Below are positions 1 through 30,400 of a stretch of 64,000 nt of DNA, piece by piece. The DNA comes from the human T2T-CHM13v2.0 reference genome, Homo sapiens. Both the position numbers and the translations under genes were made by a program. The notes under the pieces were generated by a model. That model saw only the letters and a program-made list of their open reading frames with translations, ran no database searches and was not told where the DNA came from. Numbering within the stretch: the first letter of the stretch is position 1; each line of letters begins with the position of its first letter. The stretch is from the NCBI RefSeq assembly GCF_009914755.1, contig NC_060946.1; one strand, written 5' to 3'.

Positions 1-22
1 AAAAGACAAGATGGTCATTTTA

Positions 23-6230
<6,208 letters not shown>

Positions 6231-7564
6231 ATCTCCCAAATTTGTTGTAAACATAGGCCTTTAAAAAAATATTAGAAACTGATATTTAAAGAGATATAAA
6301 CTCATATTAAGCTTTTAAAAAATTCTAAGCAAGGGCCTCACCTAATTTCATAAAAGGTTGCGTAGAAGCAACCATTGCTGCAAACGATGTGCTGCCCTGA
6401 GATGTGAGGATCCCAGTGGTCCCTCTGGGTCAACAGCAGCTACCGTGGCTGAGCCCAAACTCTGATACATTATCTACAATCATTATTTTTAACAATTTAT
6501 ATCAATGCTACCCATAAGGCACAGAGAAGCAGAAATGTTTATGTGGCCTCCTGCCAAAAACAATCACTTGCACTTATTTCTAGGACTACTCCAGAAGACA
6601 GTATTAGAAGTTTTTCAATTTAGAAAAACATTTACAGCAAAGAAAAAAATCTCTGTAAATTTCCTGCTTAACCAATCTAGTGAATTGTGATGAGCCATAT
6701 AAATTCATTTAGCCACCTTATGAAAGACTTAATCCAAAGTCACTTCTAACTTCTAGAAGAGCTAATGCATTATAATAACAGTTGTGAAAGACTCAAAGGC
6801 CAGAAATGTCAAGGTGTGGTCTATATCTTAAGTCCAGAAAAAAAACAAAAAGCAACATGTACAGGCCAAATGATTGCCAATTTCTTCTGCCTATGTCATC
6901 TTTCTTCACTATAACCTGAAATTACATTTCATGTTTGACAATTCTCAGCAAGGAGACAAAACAAGCTTATGAGTAAAATAATAGAAAGCAGAGCCACAGA
7001 GAGTACGAGAGGCAGGAGTCATCTCCCAAGTCCAAGTTCAACTTCTATATTATAAGACAGGGCCTCAGTGTCTTTGAACTGTAAGGAATTAATATTGATT
7101 GTAGCATGAGTAAAACCTATCTTCTACTCATCATGAAAAGTCACAGTCGTTTTGTTTAAAGACTCCAGAATTATTATGGGCAGAAACAAGAAGGTTACAC
7201 ACCTATTTGGTGAAATGAGGAATCAGGAATCAGCATTCCCAAGAGAATACAATTACAAAAGTAAAATCACCTAGAGTTTTTGGGCTGCTTAAAAAACCCA
7301 GAAAGAAGTGCCAAATGAGAAAATAATCAAATTCAGTGGAAAAACTCACTTGAAGGTATCATAGTCAGCTGGGTTTCCACCCCTTTGTTACACTTCAAAT
7401 CCTGTGTCTTCCACAAAGACTTGCTCCTTTCTAAAGGCGATGGTTCACGTTCAACAGAATAGCAGCAACCACCATGAGCCTGAGGGATGGCTATTCTTTA
7501 GTATTCTGCCTTATTCAAAGAAACGATCATTTCCCTCATTCCTAAAGATCTCCCAGGTCCATTA

Positions 7565-7978
<414 letters not shown>

Positions 7979-8458
7979 CTGCAGCAAACAGTAGCTGACT
8001 CCTAGCTCTCTTCAGTGAACTTGAATTTAAATTTATAGAATTCTCATGACTTCTATTTCATCTTGAAACCCAGAGAGTCCTTCCCTTTCCTAGTGATTTA
8101 CCTTTCAATTATAGGCAGACTGAACCAGTCCTAGCTGTCTTTAGTTGGTCTCTATTCAAACACTGTATTTTGTTTCTTGATTACATCTTCAATTATTTTA
8201 GTTATTTCTGAGATTCTCCCCTGTAATTTCTCCAACTATCTAGGGCATAAAGAGTGCATGAATAACATTATGAAGGCTGTGAGACTTCAAATAAATGAGT
8301 AGCCTTTCTGAGCCTCAGTTTTCTCCTCTGTAAACCAGGAATAATTTCTACTGAACAAAGTTGTTCTAAGGATTAGTGAAATGTATGTACAGCCTTTAGC
8401 ATTTAATAGGTGATCAAATGGTAAATGGTGCTTATAAAATGTCTTTATCATAGTAAAG

Positions 8459-8799
<341 letters not shown>

Positions 8800-10540
8800 A
8801 TTTTAACCAGTCTTAAGTGTGCAGTTATTGACATTAAGTGCATTCATGTTGTTGTACAACCATCACCACCATCCATCTCCAGAACATTTTCATCATCCCG
8901 AAGTGAAACTCTGTACCCAGTAAGCAATAAGCCCTCATTCCTCTCTACCCCAGCCTCTGGCAACAACCAAACTACCTTTTTTTTTTCTTTTTTTCTGACA
9001 GGGTCTCTCTGTCGCCCAGGTTGGAGTACAGTGGCATGATCATAGTTCACTGAAAGCTTGAACTCCCAGATTCGAGTGATCCAACCCACCTCAGCCTCCC
9101 CAGTAGCTGGGACTACGGGTATGTTCCACCACACCTGACTTTTCTTTTTAAAGTAGAGATGAGGTCTCACTATGTTGTCTAGCCTGGTCTTGAACTCTTG
9201 GGCTGAAGCGATCCTCCCGCCTTATCCTTCCAAGATGTTGGGATTACAGGAATGAGCCACTGAGCCTGACTACCATTCTACTTTGTTTCTATGAATTTTA
9301 CTGATCTAGGTATCTCATATAAGTGGAATCATATATAAGGGAGGAACAATATTTTTCCTCCACCCTTCTAATTTCTTGGCTGGGGCTCTTGTAACAAAAG
9401 ACAGATTAACAAGAGAAAAACATACACATTTACTTAAGTTTTATATGACACAGAAAAAAATGACTTTTCTGGAAGTAACTTGATATAATTAGGAGCCTTT
9501 GTAAGGAAATAAAGACCTGAAGAAACAGTTAAACGTATGTCTTTGTATATTAGGTTTGTCAAAAGACTAAATTACAACAAATTAGGTTTTATATTAAGTT
9601 TATCAGAGGACTACAACAAATTTATAGATTTAATTGGCTTTTATTCATGATTCATGAATCTGGGCACCTTCCACTCTGCAAAACAGAGAGAGTTCCCACT
9701 GGGCAATAGCAGAACCACAGGTTTTATGAGGTAGCAACAAGGAAACAGAATAGAAAAACCTGATTGGTTAACATCAAGCTACTTCAGTTACTTTTTTGTA
9801 ATGGTTAAAGCAGAGGGCACTTCCTTCTTCCACTGATTCAAGTAGACTGGAATCTCATGTTTTCAGGAAAAACTGGTCTGTTTGGGGATCTGCTTCCTTA
9901 AAGTTTCAGTTTGATGACACAGCATTTAGCATAAGTAATTCCATTTTGGTTTGGTCTGATCTGTTGAAGGCTAGTGCAGGAGCTCAGCCCAAAAGAATGG
10001 CCTCCCATAATTTTTAACAGTTTGATAAAAAGTGGAGAGAAGCAGAAAATTGCGAGAGGACAAAAAGGGTTAGGAGCTAAGTGTAGTAAACTGGGAGGAA
10101 CAGCAGGACCTATCATTCAGATCCCTCTCAGCGTTATCTTGAGAGAGAAGTATGCTCCTTCCTCCAGGGACAGGGAGGGCACCTCTCACCCAAGGGCCTT
10201 GTGACCTGCATCAGAGAAGAGGGTGAGAAGGTCAGAGTGTCCTTCCTATCATTTCTGAGATTCCTTCAGCTTCAAACATTCAATATGCTAAGGTGGCTAT
10301 TTTGGAGATTATCAAGAAGCTGATCACATAAAATACTTGTTCTTTGGTGACTGGTTTATTTCACGTGGCATAATGTCTTCCATGTTCATCCATGGTGTAG
10401 CATGTGTCAGAATTGCCTTTCTCTGTAAGCCTGAATAGTATTCTACTGCATATAGTGTATATATACCATATTTTGTTTATTCATTTGCAGATAGACTCTT
10501 GGCTTGCTTCCACCTTTTGGCTATTATGGATAATGCAATG
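8800..10540 (-). mobile_element. L1MB-type 3' end interrupted by an AluJ (8977-9270) and nested ERV1-class LTRs (~9337-10320)
   Basis: L1MB motifs CATCACCACCATCCATCTCCAGAAC and CTCATATAAGTGGAATCATA resume at ~10325 after the LTR. Confidence 0.8.
9557..10019 (-). mobile_element. Solo ERV1 (MER4-group-like) LTR nested in an older MER31/MER67-like LTR
   Basis: TG...CA ends, GTTTG repeated at both borders, minus-strand AATAAA at 9640-9645; family names from memory. Confidence 0.6.
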
Positions 10541-10745
10541 GTATATTTTAACTACAGATCTTTTTACACCAAATAGACATAAACAATCAAAAGAATTTAT
10601 CCTAGGCCCACAGAGAAGGCAGATGGGGTCCCTGATCGATTACAGGGGTTCTCTTTTTAAAATGACTTCTTCATAAACCTATGTGAGGGGAATACTGACA
10701 GTACCTACTTTTTATAGATGGAAATTCTATTTAAGAGCTCTCATG

Positions 10746-11535
<790 letters not shown>

Positions 11536-11882
11536 CCTTTAAGGTTTTCTAGTCTAGCCTTTCACCTGTTTTATGGTATGTGAAGTTGAAAAGAACTGAT
11601 AATGCAAATGATTCTTGTTTATAAACATGCAAATCAACCTGCCTTGGAAAGCCAATCCTTCTCCATGTGGCAAAGCCACTTATGCATCAATTTCCAGTTT
11701 ATTTCAATATTCTGAGTAATAGATGTGTCCGTCCCTTTGGGTTCCCTTTTGAACTGGTTGTAACATCTCACTGCTCACTTCATTAATAAAATATTTAACA
11801 TTTATATTTATATGAGTGATGGTTTTTCCTGTTTTTGAAAAGTTACCCTTTAACAAATATAACATGCACAGGTGAGTTAATG

Positions 11883-12033
11883 CCATGCTTCTCAAAGTAT
11901 GGCCTGTGGAAGGAGCAGCCTGGTGCTCCCTCGCAGTATTTTTGACAGAAGTGCAGACCACTGGGCCCCACCTCAGGAGTGTGGAGTTGTAGCCGGATCC
12001 CTTTCACTGACACATTAAAGTTAGAGCCACCCT
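11883..12033. mobile_element. MER5A-like hAT-Charlie MITE remnant
   Basis: CTTCTCAAAGTATGGCC ... GGGCCCCACCTCAG ... TAAAGTTAGAGCCAC resembles MER5A. Confidence 0.55.
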
Positions 12034-12776
12034 AGGTTAATACACATCACTGACCGGCCTCAAGGAATAGGAGTGCTGGGTCTATCAGTCTCTCCCAACC
12101 ATTCCCTGGGCTTTGCCAAGTGCTTTCTGCCTGCCAAGCTCACTCTTGGATCAGATGGGGCCTCCCTGCCAGCAGTTCTACCTCATCCTCTCTGCACCTA
12201 AGTCAACTCCGGAGTTCACAGACCTCACTTCTGATCTCCACCGCCCCTTCTCCCCTTCCACGGTGACTCAAACCTTAAGGCAGTGAAAATAAGGAGACTC
12301 ACAAACTAGGAGACTACAGCTTCAGACCTCACGTTTTCCACTGAGCCAGTACCTGAGCAAAAACTAGTTTTCTGGAGTTGGGGGGATGAGGAAGATTTGA
12401 TATTGAAAGTGTCCTTGGTGGCATTTCAAAGCTCAACATCATCTAACAAAAATTTTATTCCTTTTTCATTTCTGTTAGGGAATGTTTAGTTTTTCCTCTT
12501 TGATAATGAAAATTTGGTTAACAAACATTGCTTTGGACCAATCTTCCTTTTCACAAATCACTGAGGTGTGTCTATCCACAAGTTCTCAGTTCAGCCTACA
12601 TTTTCCAGTCTTCCATTTACCTATTCAACTAATACCTGAGTGCCTGGCATGTGTCGGCCCTGTGAACATGCTGGTGACAGTGTGAGCAGGCAGGGCTGGT
12701 TCCTGTCCTCATGAAGCTTATACTACCTGAGGCTGGGGTGTAGAAATTGACACATTTAAAAAGCCACTGAGACTTT

Positions 12777-12842
<66 letters not shown>
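12777..12842. repeat. A-run + (TA)n microsatellite; other STRs: (CA)n 14546-14589, (CA)n 19430-19461, (TA)n 26389-26442, (CA)n 63379-63406
   Basis: Direct reading. Confidence 0.95.
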
Positions 12843-12844
<2 letters not shown>

Positions 12845-12936
12845 CATACAAAGATGCTGAGCTGGAGCTTTGGAAAATGAAGAAAAAGTAATACAAATTT
12901 AAAATGTGACATCGAGGAATGAAGATCATCACTTAC

Positions 12937-13002
12937 CATATCCTATGTTTAAAAAATCTAATGTCCATAGGAAGTTGTCTGGGAGGTGGGCAGGGTTTCA
13001 TA
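12937..13002 (-). ncRNA. Candidate internal exon (66 nt)
   Basis: tactcattaCAG| acceptor and a strong ATG|GTAAGT donor. Confidence 0.5.
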
Positions 13003-13850
13003 CTGTAATGAGTATTTAGAAAGTTTAGAAAAGTTCTAATGGTTCTTAATTTAAGAATTATAAGAGGTAGATTCAGGTAGAGAGAGATTCCCATGATATT
13101 CACTGCTGAGTGGAGAAGGAGATCCATCCCCCTCCACTCACAAACATCCTCTTGGTGTTTTTACTCGACAGTCCTTCATTTAGCTGATCCATCTGTATTT
13201 ATATTTGTTCTCTTCTGGATCTTGTTTCATAGTCAATATCAAGTGTTTTTGTGTAAACTGCCTGGTGTTGACAGACCAGGCTCGAAGGTAGGCACCATTC
13301 ACACAGCATTGCATTTAATCTTCACAAGACCCCTGCAAGGTGGGTCTCAGCCTCCCCTGATACAGGTGAAGCAGGAGGCTCAGGGCTGCTACAACTTGCC
13401 CCCAGTCCCAGAGCTGGTACACAGCAACCCAGATTGACGGATTCCAATACCCATCCATGCTGCCTTGCCTAACCATGTTGTTGGTGCCAAAATTGTTTAA
13501 ATTAACCCGAGTTTATCTAAAATTAACTCAAAGTTAACATACGCTATTTGGAAGTAGTGGTGGCAATGACTTATCAGAGAACTTTTAAGAGAAACAGCTG
13601 TGGCAAACGAGCCTGACTCACACTGAAATTATCTGTAACCAAGTTGCCAACTGACAACTGATTAGTGAATGAAGCTGAGCGCCAGGACTCACGACAGCTG
13701 TTTCATAAACACGCCCTCATTCCTCCTTTTGGCCGACTACTAAAGGGTTTAGGTGTCATGCAGCATTTAGATGTTATGCAGAATGAGCAACAAGCAAAAT
13801 GTAGGTGCAATCAGATAAGAGTGGAGAATTACCAGTATCTTTACAATCAC

Positions 13851-14059
13851 CTGTTGGGCATTTCTGTTGATAATCACCAATTCAGAACAGCAAGGACTGA
13901 GAAGCCACAAGATTCCCTTAAAAGGCCTCATCCACTTGCATACTTTTGTTTTCAGGAAACAAAAATTATGTTATGTGGGCTCACAGTCAATAGATTTTTG
14001 TTCTGATTTGTATTTCCATGATACATAATTAAGTTTTGTGGTTTGAGGTTGAAAGAATT
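13851..14059 (-). ncRNA. Candidate internal exon (209 nt)
   Basis: cacattCAG| acceptor and CAG|GTGATT donor on the minus strand. Confidence 0.3.
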
Positions 14060-14097
14060 CTGAATGTGTATGCTAACACTGATTCACATTAAAGCTA

Positions 14098-14412
<315 letters not shown>

Positions 14413-14542
14413 CTATATATTAAGTAGATGATTGAATATTTTAACCAAGGGTGTAAATTGTTAACGAGGATATTTAAAAAGCAATGAATTGAAGTTGCTG
14501 ACATTTTTAAGAGAGCTGTTTCTTTCCCTAAAGTTTTAATAT

Positions 14543-14595
<53 letters not shown>

Positions 14596-15547
14596 TTAGG
14601 TGGTGCCAATAAAAAGGAAACAAAAATAAAATGGAGAAATGGAGGTAATGATGACCCCAAGCTAAAGGAAGAGGAGGAGGGGGGTAGATATATGTTATTT
14701 TCGTTCTTTCCTATTTCACTCTTCACTGGAAAAGCACTTGAGTTACAGTTTGTGATTCTGTTAGTCCTTCAATATGGTAAAACAAACAGGTTTATCTCAT
14801 GTGCAAATAATCAATGAGAAGTGGTTGCCTCCAAGAGCCTGGGTAATGTTGACCTTAGTGGGAAGGATCTGAATCAGCTGCCAGGGCCACACACGTGCTG
14901 TGTGTTTGTTGATCCCGCCTTATGTCAACCAGTCAACATCAAAAACGATCAGGGCATTGCTAGGCAACCGCTTCTTCAGTCTTCACTAGTCAATTATTGT
15001 GATTAGGATATTTTCTTTTCCTAAACGGAACTTGATAGATGGATAGAATGGATTCTACATCGCATTTTTTTCCCCTCTATCAGGCACAGATGCCATTGAG
15101 TATACCATCTCCTCCTTCTGTGCAGGGAGCCCGCCCTATGTAAGGTTAACAGGAAGGACACAAAGGTATGCAGTGTAGAAAAAAATAGAAATAAGGACCC
15201 AGGCATAACTCTGAAGGAGCTTCTAACCATGTTGTGCAGATGAGGAAGACTCAATAATTAGTAAGTTATCCAAAGAAATTAGGGCTTTTTACTAGCAGAA
15301 CAGTAAAAATTCTAAGTTTGATAACACACTGAGTTGAGAAGGCTGTGGGAAAGAGGTATTCACTCATATTGCTGCTAGAAGTATAAACTGGTATAACCCA
15401 TCTAGAGGAGAGTGATTTAACAATTATCAAAACTAACTACCTAGTCCACATCTAGACATTTATTTTGCAGATGTACTTGCCCAAATGCAAAATGTCAGAT
15501 ACACATTGTTTCTTGCAGCTTTGCTTATAATTGTAAAAATAGCTCTT

Positions 15548-16300
<753 letters not shown>

Positions 16301-17206
16301 CAATAGCAAATGTCTGGAAACAAACTGGATGTCCATCAGCAGTGGACTGATTCAATAAATTATGATAAATTCATACAACAGAATACAGTTGTTTAAAATA
16401 TGAGAAAATGTATTATGTACTAAACAGAAAACTCACCAAAATATAATGTTAGGTGAAAAAACAAAGTACAGAACAGACACAGGAATGCAGTATACATAAT
16501 TTGCTTGTATATATGAGGATTAAACTATCTCTGGAATGATATACCAGAAATTAATCATGGTGGTTACCTGTAGGACAGGAAGAGGGTGCTGGCATTGTAA
16601 GAATGAGACTTTTCACTAACACTCTTTCATAATTTTTTATCTTAGAAACTTGTAACTATATTACTTATCCAAAAAGTAAAATAATAAAGTCTAGAAAGAG
16701 TAAAAAGAAAACAAAGTGTAAAAAAAGTTATAGATGGGGGATAAGTTCCCATTGTAAGACTCTTTATGCTAGAGCTGTACAATTTTTAAAAATGAGAAGT
16801 ATGTATATGTTACCAGGAATGCCAGGATATATGATCAAGTGACTGAAAACTATGAGCAAAATAAAAAACAGAAAAAAGAAACAAACCCACAAGTGCTTCA
16901 GGTATTAGAATTATCAGACATGAACTTTAAAGTCATTGGTAATATTATCAAACCTAGGTTTAAATAACTAGTAGTTTTTTTTTTTTTATCTTGGTGCTAG
17001 TTACAGAGGTTTATTTACATTGTGATAATTCATCCACCTGTACCTTTAAGATGGCACACTTTCTCTCAGGTATATTATACTTCAATAATATTTTACAAAA
17101 GTAGAAAACTTGTGGGATGTGACTAAATCTGGGGTGGGGGGAATCTATAATCGTAAACACATGTATTTGAAAACAAAACAAAAAAAGTACTGAAAAACTG
17201 ATATGA

Positions 17207-17316
17207 TAGGTGTGGTGGCTCACATGTATAATCCCAACATTTTGGAAGGCCAAAGCAGGAGGTTTGCTTGAGGCCAGAACTTCAATACCAGCCCAGGCAA
17301 CATAGTAAGACCTGTC

Positions 17317-17366
<50 letters not shown>

Positions 17367-17537
17367 TGGGCATGGTGACACACACCTGTGGTCCCAGCTA
17401 CTTGGAAGGCTGAGGAGGGAGGATTGGATCACTTGAGCTCAGTCATTTAAGGCTGCTAATGAGCTATGATTCATCACTGCACTATAGCCTGAGTGACACA
17501 GTAAGACCCTGTCTCAAAAAAAAGAAAAAGAAAAAAC
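17207..17537 (+). mobile_element. AluJ with an expanded ~40-nt pure poly-A middle linker (17322-17361)
   Basis: Direct reading. Confidence 0.9.
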
Positions 17538-17714
17538 TCCAATGATCTATGCATCCATCTCAAAAATCCCAGCAAATTAAGCTGAATGAAATTAAAATGA
17601 TGGAAATAATAAGGATAAAAGCTGAAATCAATGAAAAAAAAACCAAAGACATAATAGAGAAAATATAAAAAGCCAAAGCTGTTTCTTTGAAAACAGTATT
17701 CCAGTTGCTAATCT

Positions 17715-19730
<2,016 letters not shown>

Positions 19731-19898
19731 TTAGTAAGAGTTGTGCCTAACTAATCAGGCACAAGTTAGAATATAAGGAGTGAAGAGTTATCACTATAGA
19801 TCCTACAGATACTAAAAAGATAAGAGTTTGTTTTACTATAAGCAAGCCTATCACAATAAGACAATTTAGATTAAAAGGTTGGTAAGTTTTATGCTTTG

Positions 19899-21139
<1,241 letters not shown>

Positions 21140-21339
21140 TTTCAGTAAACAGCCTTGAACTCCTGGCCTCAAGTGATCCTCCCACCTCACCCTCCTGAGT
21201 AGTTGGGACTACAGGCTGCAGAAACTTTTAAGAGAAAATAGAGGGAACAAACCCAAGCTCATTTATTCAGATTAAGATAAACTTGATATCAAAACTAGAC
21301 TTGTCACAGAGAATGCAAGAGGCGGGAGTTATTTCCCAA

Positions 21340-22903
<1,564 letters not shown>

Positions 22904-22962
22904 AGTGGCAACACTAGCATGGGGAGCAAAGTGAGACTCCAGTTCAAAAAAATAAAAAATTA

Positions 22963-23184
<222 letters not shown>

Positions 23185-23677
23185 CTAGAGAGGAGTAATA
23201 CACTCAACTAGCAATGCTAGTTTCAATTTAGGGTGAATTAGTTCAGTAGAGAACCGAAGTACATGCACTAGCCTGAATATGTTAATTTAAATTAAAAAAA
23301 AACAAAAACTTAAAAAAAAAATTAGAGATGGGGTCTCGACATGTTGCCCGGGCTGAATCCAAACTCCTAGGCTTAAGCAGTCCTCCTGCCTCAGCTTCCC
23401 AAGTAGCTGAATAAGCTAATTAACTTGTTTTGTTTCTCTCAGGGAGTGCACAATAGGTGGAGGGAGGAGGCAGGAGTGTTGGGATGAGAGCACCTTCCCA
23501 AGAAAAGGCCTGGAAGAGTTTATACCAACCAGGAAAGGCCTGGGGCACAGCAAAAGGAACTGGCCTTTACCTCTGGAAGAAAGGAATGCCTCCTCCCTTC
23601 CTCCAGCCTCCCTTAAGAAAAATACCCAGGAATACCCCCAGCCCTGTGAGCACAGAGCACTGGTGTGAGTTGTTTAC

Positions 23678-23839
23678 TTGTTAATGAGTTTGCACCACTG
23701 TCTGCATGTAATGAGTCATTCAGGTCATTCTGGGATGATGTTAGTATGCACAAACCCCTCCTTTAATCTGGTTGGCTAGTTCAGAATAGACAAGTTTTAA
23801 CACTGCTTCCTTCTCCCATCAAGAAGTAAAGCCCAGGTT
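23678..23839 (-). ncRNA. Candidate internal exon (162 nt)
   Basis: tctgttcctCAG| acceptor; weak CAA|GTAAAC donor; alternative GAG|GTAAAG donor near 23570. Confidence 0.3.
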
Positions 23840-24706
23840 CTGAGGAACAGACTCCATCTGCAGACCATGTTTGGTGAACCTGAGCTTTGGGAAAGACACG
23901 GCTTCAAGCCTCAAGTCGTTTTGCCCCTTCCTGTGGCTGACAGCATCAGAGGTCAGGATCACAATGAATTTTACCATTTTGATGGGGATTTTAAAACGTG
24001 ACTGTTTAAAAAACGCTTCTTTGAAAATTTTTTTAATCTTGATTTATATAAGCATTTATTTCTTGATAAGATTTGAATTATAACCTAATTGATAGACTTA
24101 ATATTCTTCGGGGCTAAGACTACATGAGAAAAAAATGTTATACAGATTTTTTAAATGATTCCTGGGCTTAAGGAAAAAATTACTTTTAAATCCTTACCAG
24201 TCTCCCAGATAATTAGTGAGCAGGTGTTGCCTGGGAGTGTAAAGATTTTTAGGTCTTATGACCTCGTGGCCGCTTGGTCCAAAAAATAAGATTACTTGCC
24301 TCTTTCCTTATTCTTACCGGATAGAATGAGACTCGTTTAAAACATCTCGTTTAGGTTAGAAAAGAAAATGGGAGACCATATTTGTAATTGACCTAACATT
24401 TATAAGTACCTGATTTAAATGAGCTTTACTCAAAGCACACTCCACAAAAGGCACTTCAAATTTCACTGGAGCACAGCCCTTTGTGTTGTAGAATAATGTA
24501 GAATAAAATGGCTTTCTTTTTTAACACCACCACAACACTCAAGGAAATGAAAGTAGGTAAGGCATCTATCTGTGAACAGCAGTGCTATCCATTCCATGAA
24601 TGTTTAGGGTTTACTCCATGTTAGGCACTAGGGACAGGATGGCAAACAGGGCAGACAGGTCCCCTGACCTCTTCCACCACCCTACAGTCGAGTGAAGAAA
24701 GTAGAT

Positions 24707-25143
24707 TTTTTAAAAATTATTATTATACTTTAAGTTTTAGGGTACACGTGCACAATGTGCAGATTAGTTACATATGTATACATGTGCCATGCTGGTGTGC
24801 TGCACCCATTAACTCGTCATTTAGCATTAGGTATATCTCCTAATGCTATCCCTCCCCCCTCCCCCTACCCCACATTGCTCTTGTCTCCCAGGCTGGAGAA
24901 CAGTGGTGCTATCTCGGCTCACTGCAACCTCCGCCTCCTGGGTTCAAGCAATTCTCCTGCCTCAGCCACGTGAGTAGCTAGGATTACAGGTGTGCAACAT
25001 GACACCTGGCTAATTTTGTATTTTTAGTAGAGATGGGGTTTTGCCAGTTGGCCAGACTGGTCTCGAACCCCTGACCTCAGGTGATCCTCCCGCCTTGGCC
25101 TCCCAAAATGCTGGGATTACAGGCGTGAGCCACCATGTCCAGC
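24707..25143 (-). mobile_element. Young L1PA (L1PA3-like) 3'-terminal ~165 bp (24707-24874) fused to an AluS body (24875-25143)
   Basis: TTATACTTTAAGTTTTAGGGTAC...TTTAGCATTAGGTATATCTCCTAATGCTATCCCTCCCCC directly abuts the Alu; TAGATTTT flanks the composite. Confidence 0.9.
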
Positions 25144-25869
25144 TAGATTTTAAATATTAACAAAATAATTACAAGTTCTGATTATTACTATTAAGAGAAA
25201 AGCACAGAGATAAAATAACATCAGAGAGGGGGCACCACCACTTTAGGAAGCCAGGTAAGGGCTGGAGGAGGTGAAATTTAGGCAAAGATTAAAGGACATT
25301 AGGAGTCAGACCTGCCATAGCAGGAGGGAATAGCATCCCTGGCAGAGAGGAAAGCTTGTTCAGAGCCACAGTCCTGAAAGAAGCTTGTTTGAGGGACTAC
25401 AAGAAGACCAATGTGCTTGAAGCATAATACATCTAAGATCAGATGTGTGATGAGTTTGAAGAGGCAGCTAGATCACCGTAAGAACTTTGGAGGGCTTTTG
25501 GCAGGAGAGTGACATGATCTGATCTGATGTATATTTTGAAAGGTCACTCCAGCTTCCAGGTAGCAGTGGAAGAAGACATGCAAAAATCACAATCATAACT
25601 TACACGGCGTGGTAGCTTGGAGTACGGAGGAAGAGGAAGAACATTTGGGGCATATTTTGGAAGTGGAATAAACAGCAGATCTGCTGGTGGATGGAGAAGG
25701 GTGGGGTGAGGGTTGGTAATGAGGAGCCAAGGATGACTCTTTTTCAGGTTGGAGTAACTGGGAAGGCTTGGAAGACTAGTGGAGAAACAGGTTTGGAGAG
25801 AGAAGTCTCAGTCCCTTAGTCATTCACCTCAGTTTCTTAGTCACTGGAATACCTTCGATCTCTTATCTA

Positions 25870-29145
<3,276 letters not shown>

Positions 29146-29988
29146 AAGTTGTTGTTTTTAAAAGATACATTTCAACTCACTTCTCTAAGGTGGGAATACA
29201 CACAGCCTGCCATCAGTTTGACATAAAACAAAAATTTTACCCTTGTCGCATGCTAAATTTCTTTTACTAGGTTAAAAAAATGTAGAATCCAAAGAGCTGT
29301 AAATGCAAATGACAAATACTGTACAAAATCTATCAAGCAACTATAAGTCACAACTTGCAAGCTTTCTCCTCAGCAAATGAGTTAAAAGGAAAAATATTTG
29401 AAACTTTCTTGGTGGAAAACGAATGACCTTTAAAAATGCCAGCATTTTCCCCAGAGAATAGATTTGGTCTGAGTTCTTCATTTCTGAAATTGTACAAGAT
29501 AAGACCTCTTGGTTTGAGAGCCAAACTGCATCCTTCTATGAAGGTTTTAGATATTTTAAGTCTCCATACAAAACACTCCCCTTATTTTGAGAACAAAAGG
29601 AACAATAAGACAGCCTAGGCGGGGAAGAGAAAGAAAGGCCTTGAAACAAAGTCCCTGGGAAGGTAAAAACAACAACAAAAATAGTAAGTTAGAGCTCGTG
29701 TTAGATCTGATAACTCAAAACTGCACAACGTTTGCCATACATCGAAAGCAACATGGGAAAACAGAAAAAGAGATCACAAACATTTTTTTGAGTGTCCTAA
29801 CTTGTAGAACCCCTAAGAATGAATCAAATACACTTGGACAAAGCTCTTTTTTTCTCTCTCTCCTTCAAGTCGCAGACTAGGGGTGTGGGGCGGGGGACGG
29901 GGAGTAAGACGGGGTCTCTAATAAATACAAGACCCAGTCTCGGACATGTTTAATTGCTGACATTTTAGAAGAAAAATGGGCTACTTAC

Positions 29989-30400
29989 AATTAATGAACC
30001 AAACTACCAAACTAAAATCATGAGTAGGAGGAGGAGTAAATGGAACTGTCTGGGCGAAGTTTCAGGAAGGTGAAAGCTGGGGTCGCTGAGCCCTCCCCCA
30101 CCCATAGCTCGGGGCTCTCCAGTCGCTCCCGGCCCCCAGCGCGGACTTTCGGGCGCCGACGGCCCAACCATACAGACTTGGCAGGATGTAGCCCCCTTCT
30201 CCCCTCTCCAAGAGAGAAAAGTGCTAGGAGACGCAAACCGTATTTCCGTGTCCGAGCGTTGAAACCTGCGGAGTCGCACGCGGGGCGCCCACACTCGTTC
30301 CCGGGGAGCCCCAGCCCGGTCGCCCGCCCCGGTCCCAGCTCCAGCCCGGGCCTCCCTTACTCTGGGGCTCCATGGTCGGCTGCTCCCCGGCCTCCGCGGG
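29989..30400 (-). ncRNA. Candidate extended first exon of a minus-strand lncRNA using the distal donor
   Basis: Minus-strand ATT|GTAAGT donor (ACTTAC at 29983-29988) at the edge of the island. Confidence 0.45.

Noticed and set aside
6686-6840. Possible C/D-box snoRNA (GTGATGA)
   Set aside because: No suitably placed D box or terminal stem was found.
30361-30373. Calling this the authentic FANK1/DHX32 locus
   Set aside because: No DHX32 coding exon was recognised, and an HSat3 array followed by an unrelated block begins 11.5 kb from the promoter. It is best treated as a paralogous fragment whose chromosome cannot be fixed without a search.
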